Below are positions 8,678 to 17,855 of a DNA stretch of 64,000 nt, piece by piece. Position 1 is the stretch's first letter. Every line of letters starts with the position of its first letter. The translations under genes and the position numbers were made by a program. Source of the DNA: Nitrospirota bacterium (lineage in GTDB: Bacteria > JACPQY01); contig JACPAV010000018.1 of assembly GCA_016180645.1 (NCBI GenBank), forward strand, positions 1-64,000, written 5' to 3'. The notes below the pieces were generated by a model. It was given only the letters and a program-made list of their open reading frames with translations. It had not been told where the DNA came from and searched no databases.

Positions 8678-9414
8678 CTCAGAGGGTCCGTTTCGTGGCC
8701 TTCACGGATCATCACGCCGACGTGGGGTGCATCGAATCGGTGATCACACTCGTACACGACAGCCGATCGGCCTTCATCGTCTGCGCGGGTGATTTCACGA
8801 TCATGACGGAAGGTATCCATCCCTCCATGATGATTCTGGGCCGATGCGAGTTACCGGTGTATTTCATCGGTGGCAACCACGAGCACGACGGGATTTGCCG
8901 ATTCCTGGAGAGTGCGTATCCGACCCTCCACTACGTCGATCTGAAGGTTGAGATCGAGCCGCTCCCCGGGGGCCTCCGAGTCCAGATCGCCGGCCTGGAC
9001 GGCACCGAGGATCTGAACCCCCACTACGGAGAGAAGGGAGAGTTCTACGCGTCCTACCTCGAGATCCTGAAAGCGCAGGCCGACCCACTCCTTCCGCTGG
9101 TTCTTCTCTCGCACTTCCCGCCGGCGGGAACGGCCACTTGCGGGAAGGAGCCTGTTTTCAAGGGCGACCTGTGCGTGGGTTTCAAGGAGGGACCCGCTCT
9201 CGGCAGTCGAAATGTAAGAAGGATGGTCGAGAGTCTCAAGCCCGCCGTCGTCGTTACGGGCCACTTCCATGATCGATTCGGTGAATCCGATCGAAACGGC
9301 GGGTCTTGGATCGTGAACCCTGGCCCGGACGGGATGCTGATCGAGATGGCATTCCCTTCGGAGGGAGGAGAGGCTACGGTCACGCTGCGGAAAACGTCAA
9401 GAGCCGCGGCATGA
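8674..9414 (+). CDS. Calcineurin-like metallophosphoesterase
   Basis: DHH, AGD, GNHE, SHFPP and GHFH motifs. Confidence 0.9.
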   Translation: MTQRVRFVAFTDHHADVGCIESVITLVHDSRSAFIVCAGDFTIMTEGIHPSMMILGRCELPVYFIGGNHEHDGICRFLESAYPTLHYVDLKVEIEPLPGGLRVQIAGLDGTEDLNPHYGEKGEFYASYLEILKAQADPLLPLVLLSHFPPAGTATCGKEPVFKGDLCVGFKEGPALGSRNVRRMVESLKPAVVVTGHFHDRFGESDRNGGSWIVNPGPDGMLIEMAFPSEGGEATVTLRKTSRAAA

Positions 9415-9448
9415 GGATCTGGTTTGTCCGCAGGAAGGAGGTGAAGGT

Positions 9449-9730
9449 GTGAGGGAGCTGCCGGTTTTCTCGCCTGCCCACTTGAGCGAGATCCTCACAT
9501 CCCTGGGGTTCAAGCTCGCCGGAAAGTCCGTCATGAGGGAAGGCAAGCATCTCTATTTCCGCCATCCCGATGGGCGGGCAACTGTGGTCCCCACTCACGA
9601 CGGCGACGACATCTGCCCCCGTCTCCTCTCCGCGGTTCTGAAGGACATCGAGCCGAAGCCGGAGACCGGCCCGACCGCGGCCCAGTCTACCCTTTCTTCT
9701 TCCCGCCGAGGTCGGAGAATCGGCCGATGA
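9449..9730 (+). CDS. hicA: Second HicA-family toxin, no adjacent antitoxin
   Basis: LGFKL...REGKHLYFRHPDGRATVVPTH...LLSAVLKD; strong RBS. Confidence 0.8.
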   Translation: MRELPVFSPAHLSEILTSLGFKLAGKSVMREGKHLYFRHPDGRATVVPTHDGDDICPRLLSAVLKDIEPKPETGPTAAQSTLSSSRRGRRIGR

Positions 9731-10049
9731 AGGTCCGTACAAGGGTCAGGTCTTTACGGTCGAGTCGTCTAAGCGCCGAGATGATCTGGTGAACGACTCG
9801 ATTCTTCTCGATCTCCTCGTGCTTCGCTTTGGGCAGGAACAGTTCGTGGTGCTCCATGCCGAGTGCCTGTGCGATGCACCCCAGACTCCGCATGGTCGGG
9901 TTCGGCTCCACGCCACGCTCGATCCGACTGACCGTCTCGGTCGGAAGGTCCGCCTTCTCCGCCAGGTGGGCCTGCGTCCAGCCACGGTTTGTGCGAACAT
10001 CGCGGATCCGCTGCCCGACCTCATTCTGTAGGTTCTCCATCCATCCCAT
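9687..10049 (-). CDS. XRE-family regulator, paralogue of 4121-4522
   Basis: IRDVRTNRGWTQAHLAEKADLPTETVSRIERG; AGGAGG before ATG 10049. Confidence 0.9.
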   Translation of the reverse strand: MGWMENLQNEVGQRIRDVRTNRGWTQAHLAEKADLPTETVSRIERGVEPNPTMRSLGCIAQALGMEHHELFLPKAKHEEIEKNRVVHQIISALRRLDRKDLTLVRTFIGRFSDLGGKKKG

Positions 10050-10163
10050 GACGACCTCCTTTGCATCACGGATGAATGGACGGAAGAAGGGTATATGTCT
10101 TCTGCCATATTGACATTTATACCCTCCTCCACTAACCTTCACTCAGCACGGATACCCGATCAA

Positions 10164-11510
10164 ATGGCAGCACCGCCGATCCGAAAACTTCCACTGGCAC
10201 ATTGTCCCCGCGTATCCAAGTGGCTGTTGTCGACGCTTTGCGTCCTGACAGCAGGATGCGGCAGTGCAAAGGAGGAATTATCAGTCCCAACCACCGCTGG
10301 GCCCAGCTCCCAATCAAAGAAATCAGTCTCCGTACATGGAACACTGGTGGGCCAAACGTGCAAGAAGCCGCTCGCCGGCGTTACGGTCTATCTGAAAACA
10401 AAGAGTTCGACCGGGGGAAACGAGGCCAAGGTGACCGACTTTGTGCCCACGGGACAGGAGGGAGGTTTCGCATTCGATGGGGTCCAAGAAGGGACCTACA
10501 CACTGGTGGTAGCCGGCTGCTACCAGGAATCACAATCATCACTGGCCGGAATCGAGGAGACGTCGTATTTCCTGCCCGAGGGGCAGGAGAAACCCGTCAC
10601 AATTTCCTCTGAGACAGCTGCTCGGTCGATTGATATCACATTGGATGTGGAGCGGACAGATCCGTTCAACAAGACATGTGGGGTCGACCGGGATTGCGAT
10701 GGAGTCGTGGACAAGGCGGCCGGAGGCACCGATTGCAAGGATGACGACGCGAACATCAAGCCCAAGGCTGCGAACGAGCAGGAGTGTAATGGGCTCGCAA
10801 AGATGTTCTCCACCCGATCCCTCATCGCGAATTCGATGGCTTGGACCGGCAGTAGTTATCTCCTGTCCGATGCAGCAAAGAGCGCCATTGTCACCATCGA
10901 CTCAACAGGCACAGTGAAATCGACCATTCCAGCCGGCTCAGACGGGGGCATTGCGGACGGGATCGCCTGGATCGGAGATAGCCTCTCCGCCAAGCAAATC
11001 TTTGCTGCGGTAGGCGGCAAGATTCTTGCTCTCTCGAGTTCCGGGGCCACGGTTTCCTCGTTCGCGGCGCCATCGTCGAGTATTTGCAGCCTCGCCCGGG
11101 ATGGTTCCACTTTATGGGCCTCCGACGACAAGAGCGTCTACAAGCTGTCATCCTCCGGCACGACCGAGAGTTCATTCTTCCACTTCGCACAGGCTCCCAG
11201 CCGCGAACTGGTCATATCGCAGATCATCTTCGCAGCACCTAGCCGAGCCACATCCGCATCTTTGGTTTGTCCTGAGATCACCTGGGACGGGAAACAACTT
11301 CTCGTGCTTACAAAAGCAACAATCTCGGCGGGCGGGGCGTACGAATCAACCGTCTCAAAGTTCAGCACGGCCGGAATCAAGCAGACCAGCGACATCCTTG
11401 TTCCAGCAAGAATCTCCGGCATGGCATGGGTGAACGACCGCCTGCACATGGCCGCGAGCAACGCCCCGACACCGGTCGGAGAGACCATTGTTTATGAGGT
11501 ACTCCCATGA
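10164..11510 (+). CDS. Lipoprotein: carboxypeptidase-regulatory-like domain, Cys/Asp metal-binding motif, beta-propeller
   Basis: Lipobox LTAGC; GGFAFDGVQEGTYTLVV; DRDCDG..DCKDDDANIKP; repeated MAW/IAW/ITWDG blades. Confidence 0.7.
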   Translation: MAAPPIRKLPLAHCPRVSKWLLSTLCVLTAGCGSAKEELSVPTTAGPSSQSKKSVSVHGTLVGQTCKKPLAGVTVYLKTKSSTGGNEAKVTDFVPTGQEGGFAFDGVQEGTYTLVVAGCYQESQSSLAGIEETSYFLPEGQEKPVTISSETAARSIDITLDVERTDPFNKTCGVDRDCDGVVDKAAGGTDCKDDDANIKPKAANEQECNGLAKMFSTRSLIANSMAWTGSSYLLSDAAKSAIVTIDSTGTVKSTIPAGSDGGIADGIAWIGDSLSAKQIFAAVGGKILALSSSGATVSSFAAPSSSICSLARDGSTLWASDDKSVYKLSSSGTTESSFFHFAQAPSRELVISQIIFAAPSRATSASLVCPEITWDGKQLLVLTKATISAGGAYESTVSKFSTAGIKQTSDILVPARISGMAWVNDRLHMAASNAPTPVGETIVYEVLP

Positions 11511-11595
11511 CCCCGGCGCATGATTGTGACTCCCCGCGATTGTCCCGGCGAAATGCAAATGCTGTCCCTATCGGCGGACGAATCCTATTGTTCCC

Positions 11596-12375
11596 ATGAA
11601 GCGAGGCAACATGACGCGACCGCGGCTCGACCCCAGGATGATCATTCATCCGCTCCATCTTATTGGCGTTCTATTCTGGCTGTCGTGCGGGGAAGAACGT
11701 CCACAACCCGAGCAACCTCCCGTGAAGAGCACGTCGGATACTCCTTCCGACCCGGTGATTGTTTCCTGTTCCCTCGGCTATGACGATTGGGGCTGGACCA
11801 ATCGGGAAGAACAAGTAATTGCCAAAATCCGCGTCTCCGACAGAAGCCAGCCTCCAGCCCTCTTTCGGTATTCGACAGGTCCGGGCGCAAGCAAGACGGA
11901 AGTGGCCCTCACCTATGCCCTTTCCCCCGCAACGGGAGAGCTGGAGTATGCTGCGAAGCTCACATTCAAGTCGCCCGGAAAAGTTCTCGGCGAGTGCTCC
12001 ACGAAGGATGCAAGCGGCACGGAAATCGCCCCCGAGAAGAGGAAAACGACATCTCAGCTTATGTATCTTGGCGAGGGTGACGCAAGGAGCGCCATTGAGG
12101 GCGCACTCAAAGACGTGAATGCTGCCTACACGAAGGATTCGGAGATTGCGACAACGGGTGCCAGTATTCGAGTGGACTTCCTCGTCACGTCGGTACTCGG
12201 CCTCCCGGCTAAGGGTGCTATCGACTATCGAGGGGAAACGGATCTTTCAGTCTCAACTATCGGCCTCATCGACACGGGGTACCAGTCCCTTTTCATCTCG
12301 GAGATTGGAAATGAAACTCCCTTGAACGCGATGGATCTTCGGAGCAAGACCCTGGCATTCATGAAGAAGCTGTAA
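11596..12375 (+). CDS. Putative lipoprotein
   Basis: Hydrophobic stretch ending WLSC. Confidence 0.6.
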   Translation: MKRGNMTRPRLDPRMIIHPLHLIGVLFWLSCGEERPQPEQPPVKSTSDTPSDPVIVSCSLGYDDWGWTNREEQVIAKIRVSDRSQPPALFRYSTGPGASKTEVALTYALSPATGELEYAAKLTFKSPGKVLGECSTKDASGTEIAPEKRKTTSQLMYLGEGDARSAIEGALKDVNAAYTKDSEIATTGASIRVDFLVTSVLGLPAKGAIDYRGETDLSVSTIGLIDTGYQSLFISEIGNETPLNAMDLRSKTLAFMKKL

Positions 12376-12428
12376 CGACGTGGAACCACACTTGGCCCCG
12401 AACCATCCACCGAGGAGTTGATTCCGGA

Positions 12429-12839
12429 ATGAGGCTCTTGCTTTCGTTCCTGCTCATTGCGTTCCTCCAAGGGAGTTGTGGCGATGTCTGCGAGGATGTT
12501 GGCCTCTGCGACAAGGATGATGACACCACCGCAGTAGCAACGACCACGGGTACCACAACGACAACGACATCCACGAAAACCAGCGGCGGGTCCACTTCAA
12601 CGACGACCACCACGAAGGTCATGACCGGGGTCGAGTGGCGTTGCAGTTGCACAGCGGATTGCGCGTTGGCTGTCGACCAGTCAACGAGCATCACCGAATG
12701 TGAGAAACAGACCGCGGCGTCGGGCACCGTCGCCATCGTGGCCCAATCCACCTGTACCAGCCCGTCCAAGAACGTCTGCGGATCTGCGACCACCAGGGGT
12801 TGCGTGTGCTCCTGCGCGGCAACCTCGACCCCATGCTGA
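12429..12839 (+). CDS. Cys-rich secreted protein or lipoprotein with Thr-rich linker
   Basis: Signal peptide ending QGSC, poly-Thr tract, many Cys. Confidence 0.65.
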   Translation: MRLLLSFLLIAFLQGSCGDVCEDVGLCDKDDDTTAVATTTGTTTTTTSTKTSGGSTSTTTTTKVMTGVEWRCSCTADCALAVDQSTSITECEKQTAASGTVAIVAQSTCTSPSKNVCGSATTRGCVCSCAATSTPC

Positions 12840-12944
12840 AACAGACACAGTGCCACCGGTGGGACAAGTCTTCACCGTGACATTTGTCCCGAGATAACCG
12901 CTACGTCGAAAGTCCTACCTCCTCTCCCAATTCTGCTGACGGCT

Positions 12945-13583
12945 TTGCTGTTCCCAGGAGGACTTGCCGCAATCCCTGCAGAGCCGGATGGCGTTACAAC
13001 TTTGAGTCAGGCTGACCCGCTGGGGGCCAACGCATGGGGTTTTGCCGAAGAGCAAGGAAAACTGTATCTCTCCGGGAAGTCCAAGAGGGCCACCGGCAAG
13101 AAATTCAGACGCAGGGGATTCCTAATGGGCGCAGAAGGAGGCTTCGGAGCACTCGTCTTTCGGCCCGACCCGCAAGGATTTGAGGAGGATCCGAGAGATA
13201 TCGGAGCTGCTGTGCCACTTCTGGCACTCGATCTGGGAATTGCCACACCCGGCGGCACGGGCGCCGGACTGAGGCCCTTCGCCGGCGTCGCGAAGGTGAA
13301 GGGAGCCACCGCGGGCTACTACGTTCTGGAGTTCTACACCAGACGGTTTTTCGCTCAACACTTCTATGCCGGACCCGGAATCGCCATCGGAAAAGTTTTC
13401 GCCGACTACGTTCCTCAGTTTTCCGACTCGGGCTTCACGTACCGGATCGACTTGGGTCGGGAGTTCCCGATGGCAAGACATTTCGCACTCGGAATCGAGG
13501 GAGTACATCTCGGAATGCTGGGCAAGAACGGGAGATACTTCATATTCGGGATCCAGTTATCCCCTCGGATCTACCTCAACTGA
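12945..13583 (+). CDS. Putative outer-membrane beta-barrel protein (start uncertain)
   Basis: Alternating aromatic/Gly strands; C-terminal RIYLN. Confidence 0.5.
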   Translation: MLFPGGLAAIPAEPDGVTTLSQADPLGANAWGFAEEQGKLYLSGKSKRATGKKFRRRGFLMGAEGGFGALVFRPDPQGFEEDPRDIGAAVPLLALDLGIATPGGTGAGLRPFAGVAKVKGATAGYYVLEFYTRRFFAQHFYAGPGIAIGKVFADYVPQFSDSGFTYRIDLGREFPMARHFALGIEGVHLGMLGKNGRYFIFGIQLSPRIYLN

Positions 13584-13985
13584 ACGCCGCACCCTACACC
13601 TTACCTCTTGGACTGGATGGCTGAGAGCCGTCTCGCCCGCAGGCTTACGAGGTTTGGCGAATTTGCCGAGAAGAAAAACGCGCGGGCCCCCTGCGAGGAT
13701 ACGGGGGAGCGAGGGGACCCGCGCTATGTGGGCTTGAATCCTGGTGAAGTCGCCTCCTTCGAGGCGGATTCAACACAGGGAAATCCAACGATCCGACCGA
13801 CCCAAGATTTCCGATTGCGCTTCCGTAGAACCCCCGTGACGGTTTCCATAGTGACTCCGCAAATTGTATCCCCTGCTCCATCCATGTCAACTGACTTCAC
13901 GATTACGGAGGGAAGCGCACTGAGACCGACGGCAACCGATTCGGCCGCAGCAGTGGAGATTCTTGCCTTCGTCTATGCCGAATCC

Positions 13986-14207
13986 CTAGCCGGCAGGAGG
14001 GTAAGGATCCCTACCATGCGAGTCCTTTTGCCGAATGGTTCCGTCCCGGGCCTGAATGATGAGTTCCGAACGATGCCTCTCCGAGATCTCACGGCCAAGA
14101 CCGATGGCATCCGACTGTTTCTCGAATGCCTTGGTTACCCGTGAGTTCCCCTCGCCTCGCACGGCCCACCCCTTGCCGTATCGCACGATCCACTGATTCT
14201 TGGACAT
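13986..14207 (-). CDS. DUF2188-family protein
   Basis: NQWIVRYGKGWAVRGEGNSR...QSDAI..GREI...SELIIQARDGTIRQKDSHGRDPYPP. Confidence 0.85.
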   Translation of the reverse strand: MSKNQWIVRYGKGWAVRGEGNSRVTKAFEKQSDAIGLGREISERHRSELIIQARDGTIRQKDSHGRDPYPPAG

Positions 14208-14396
14208 GCTGTCCTCCTTAACCTGATGTTCAGCTTCCCCGCCTCCAGTATTCCTCGAAGGGGACGCGGTGATTCCCTTCAATCCATTCATGCTCTTCCT
14301 GAGCACCTTCCAATTCTGGGTCCCCGCGCTCCCAATTGTCAAGAGGAATGCCGTGGCAACTTGTGCCCGAATTGGGCCTGATATATTGTTCCCCCC

Positions 14397-17300
14397 GTGA
14401 CAGCCGAGTTGCCATCAGGGGGAGAACCCGATCCTCTTCGCGAAGGCCAAGTCCTGGCCGGCCCCCTGTTCAACGAGCCTATGCGGGTCGAAACGGTCCG
14501 GCCCAACGGCCCCGCCTCGTGGATAGCCGGGCTGGTCGGCGTTCAGTCCGAAAGGTTCCGAAGCGTCACGCTCACCGCCACCGACCTCAAGACTCTCACC
14601 ATCCTGGACTCCCGCGCCACCTACGATGGAAACGGCCAACTCCTCCGTCTCGGCCTCCAAGCCTACACCCTCGGGATCGCCTACGAATTCGATCCCTATT
14701 TCGGCCTCTCCATCTCACGGGTAGACCCCCTCCCCCATCAGCTTGAAGCGGTCTACGACTACCTCCTCAAACTCGCCCGCGTCCGCTTCCTCCTGGCCGA
14801 CGACGCCGGCGCGGGCAAGACCATCATGGCCGGCCTCCTCATTCGGGAACTCAAGCTCCGCGGACTCGCCGAGCGTATCCTGGTCGTCTGCCCCGCCAAC
14901 CTCGCCTTCCAATGGCAACGTGAACTCAAGGAGAAGTTCGACGAGAAATTCCTCGTCATGAAGGGAAGCGACATCCGCGACCAGTTCGGCGTCAATCAGT
15001 GGATGGAGCAGAAGCAGACGATCACGTCGCTCGACCTCGCGAAGCGGGAGGATATCCTGCCGGGACTCCGGCAGGTACACTGGGACGTCATCATCGTGGA
15101 CGAAGCCCATAGAATGTCCGCCGCCGATGAAACCCACAAAAGCCAGCGGTACCGATTGGGCGAACTCCTGCGAGATATCTCGGACCACCTGCTTCTCCTT
15201 ACGGCCACGCCGCACAAGGGAGACCCCATCAATTTCACCTTGTTCCTCCAGCTCCTGGATCCCGATACCTACGCCGATGTCCGATCGATCCGTGAGGCCA
15301 TGACCCGCCAGCGCGCGCCGTTCTACCTGCGACGAACCAAGGAGGCGATGGTCTACTTCCCGGAGCGACAACCGGATGGCACATGGACAGCCACGAAGAT
15401 CTTCAAGAAGCGGATTCCGAAGACGGTGGACTTCAACATCGACGGTCCCGAATTCGACCTCTACCGCCAGGTCACCCGATACGTGAAGGCCCAAAGCGTC
15501 AGGGCCGCCGCGGCGGGAGACGATCCCCGATCCCGCGCAGTCGGATTTCTTATGTCCCTCTACCAACGCCGCCTGGCCTCAAGCATGTACGCCCTCCGCC
15601 ACTCTCTGGAGAACCGAGCCACGCGCCTCGAAATGGCCCTGAAACGCGCCCAGGATCTCGCCCAAATCGCTCCACCTGAAATCCCCAGCCCGGAGGAATT
15701 GGAGGAAATGGAGGAAAGTGAACGCGAGCGCCTTGAAGAAATCCTTGAAGCCATCACCATCGCGGGCAACGCCGACCAGGTGCGAGAAGAAATCCGTGAG
15801 CTGTCCGACCTGGCCGGGAAGGCCAAGGCCGTTGAAGATGCCGGTTCTGAAGCCAAGCTCTCCAAGCTCAAGGCCACGCTTCAGGCGGAGGGGTTTTTCG
15901 ACCACCCCGATAGGCGGCTTCTCCTCTTTACGGAGTTCAAGGATACTTTGGACTACCTGGTCGGGAAGCTCAAGGACTGGGGCTTCCGCGTGGGATACAT
16001 CCACGGCAGCATGAAGGCCGGATCCAGAGATGATGAAGGAACACGCCTCCACTCGGAGCAACAGTTCAAGGAAGGGAAGATCCAAGTACTCGTGGCCACC
16101 GAAGCAGCAGGCGAAGGGATCAACCTCCAAGTTTGTAATATCCTTTTCAACTACGATATCCCGTGGAACCCGAACCGTCTCGAGCAGCGCATGGGCCGCA
16201 TCCACCGCTACGGCCAGAAGAAGGACTGCCTCATCTTCAATTTCGTGGCCTCGAACACCATCGAAGGGCGCGTCCTACAGCGCCTCCTCGAAAAGCTTCA
16301 GGAGATCCGAAACGCCCTCGATGACGACGCGGTCTTCAATGTCGTCGGCGAAGTCTTGCCGTCCGCTCACATTGAGCGGGTTCTTCGGGACTACTACTCA
16401 GGGAAGTTGGGAGATGCCGATCTCGAAGATCGGCTCCTCCGGGACGTGGATGAAAGCCGATTCCGCGCCATCTGCCGGAACGCTCTTGAAGGGCTGGCGT
16501 CGAAGAAATTGAACCTCGCCATGCTCATCGAGCGGCGCGCCCGGGCGCAGGAACGACGGGTTGTACCGGAGACCATCGCTCGGTTCGTCGCGGAGTCCGC
16601 CCCAATGGCGTCCTTGACCATCAAAGAAATTGCCTCTCTGCCCCATACCTTCGAGCCGGGCCGAACACCCCCCGCGCTCCGGCGGTTCGAGTCTCAATCG
16701 GATTGGAAACTGCCCGCCCTCGCAGGCAAGTATCCCCGCCTCTCAACCGAACGCGAGACCGCCGAGAAGCACAATCTCGAATGGGTCACCCCGGGGCATC
16801 CTCTCTTCGAGGCCCTGCGTCGTCATGCCTTGGATCAGGCGCTGCCGGAATTTTCCAGGGGAGCCTGTTTCCATTCCCTCCAGCACGACAAGCCCGCCCG
16901 GCTCGACTTCTATCGCGCGAAGGTAGTGGACGGTTTGGGGCATGCCATTCATGAGCGATTATTCGTCGTGGAGTATCCTGATGGCGGGGGGCCGCGATTG
17001 CTCAACGCAGCGGCCATTGGCGACTACACCCCGGCGCCGCCTCCAGACAAGCTGCCGTCTGTCGCTCTCGCGCCCGCTAACGCAGCCTGGCTGAACGAGA
17101 CGGCCCTCAAGCCCTTTCTGGACGAAGTGAAATCCGAGCGGCTGGCCGAGGTGGACCGAATCGCCAACCATGTCGAATTCTCTCTCACGGAACTCCTTCA
17201 CAAGGTGGATGAAGAAATCGGGAGGGCCGACGCCGATGTGGAGAGGAAAGCGCCCGGCGCGGAGGGTCGCCTCGCCCAAGCCGAGGCGCGCCACGCCGAC

Positions 17301-17855
17301 CTCATGGCTCGGCGCGAGAAGCGACGACAAGAACTCAATCGCGAACGGGCACTGTCCCTCCAAGGCGTCGAACGGATTGCCAGCGCGCTGGTTCTGCCCC
17401 ACCCCGAGCGCGATGCCGCCGACATCCGGCGACTGCGGCCTGATCCCCTAACGGAGGCCACGGCCATGCGTGTCGTCATCGAGCACGAGCAGTCCCAAGG
17501 ACGGCAGGTGGAGGATGTGCATGAAAAGAACCTGGGATACGACATCACCAGCATTGACACGAAATCGGGCCACCTCCGCCTTATCGAAGTCAAGGGCCTC
17601 GGCGGGTCCACGGGCACCGTCCTCCTTACTCCCAACGAGAAGCGCGTGGCCGAAGACCGCCGCGATTGCTACTGGCTGTACGTGGTTACAAACTGCAAAG
17701 CCACGCCGAAACTTGAAGATCCGATTCGCGATCCCGCTCGCCTGCCCTGGCATGAGGTGAAGAAGGTCGAGCATTATTGGCTCCAGGTGGATGCAATGAC
17801 CCAATCGATACAGCTGCGCGAGGATTCGCCTCCGTATGGAGGTGATCGCCCATGA
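14397..17855 (+). CDS. SNF2-family helicase with C-terminal DUF3883 nuclease-like domain
   Basis: LADDAGAGKT, DEAH, TATPH, GEGINLQ, EQRMGRIHRYGQ; GYDITS...IEVKG...LTPNE. Confidence 0.93.
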   Translation: MTAELPSGGEPDPLREGQVLAGPLFNEPMRVETVRPNGPASWIAGLVGVQSERFRSVTLTATDLKTLTILDSRATYDGNGQLLRLGLQAYTLGIAYEFDPYFGLSISRVDPLPHQLEAVYDYLLKLARVRFLLADDAGAGKTIMAGLLIRELKLRGLAERILVVCPANLAFQWQRELKEKFDEKFLVMKGSDIRDQFGVNQWMEQKQTITSLDLAKREDILPGLRQVHWDVIIVDEAHRMSAADETHKSQRYRLGELLRDISDHLLLLTATPHKGDPINFTLFLQLLDPDTYADVRSIREAMTRQRAPFYLRRTKEAMVYFPERQPDGTWTATKIFKKRIPKTVDFNIDGPEFDLYRQVTRYVKAQSVRAAAAGDDPRSRAVGFLMSLYQRRLASSMYALRHSLENRATRLEMALKRAQDLAQIAPPEIPSPEELEEMEESERERLEEILEAITIAGNADQVREEIRELSDLAGKAKAVEDAGSEAKLSKLKATLQAEGFFDHPDRRLLLFTEFKDTLDYLVGKLKDWGFRVGYIHGSMKAGSRDDEGTRLHSEQQFKEGKIQVLVATEAAGEGINLQVCNILFNYDIPWNPNRLEQRMGRIHRYGQKKDCLIFNFVASNTIEGRVLQRLLEKLQEIRNALDDDAVFNVVGEVLPSAHIERVLRDYYSGKLGDADLEDRLLRDVDESRFRAICRNALEGLASKKLNLAMLIERRARAQERRVVPETIARFVAESAPMASLTIKEIASLPHTFEPGRTPPALRRFESQSDWKLPALAGKYPRLSTERETAEKHNLEWVTPGHPLFEALRRHALDQALPEFSRGACFHSLQHDKPARLDFYRAKVVDGLGHAIHERLFVVEYPDGGGPRLLNAAAIGDYTPAPPPDKLPSVALAPANAAWLNETALKPFLDEVKSERLAEVDRIANHVEFSLTELLHKVDEEIGRADADVERKAPGAEGRLAQAEARHADLMARREKRRQELNRERALSLQGVERIASALVLPHPERDAADIRRLRPDPLTEATAMRVVIEHEQSQGRQVEDVHEKNLGYDITSIDTKSGHLRLIEVKGLGGSTGTVLLTPNEKRVAEDRRDCYWLYVVTNCKATPKLEDPIRDPARLPWHEVKKVEHYWLQVDAMTQSIQLREDSPPYGGDRP

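Noticed and set aside
13608-14144. 178-aa plus-strand ORF
   Set aside because: No motifs, and it overlaps the DUF2188 gene antisense.
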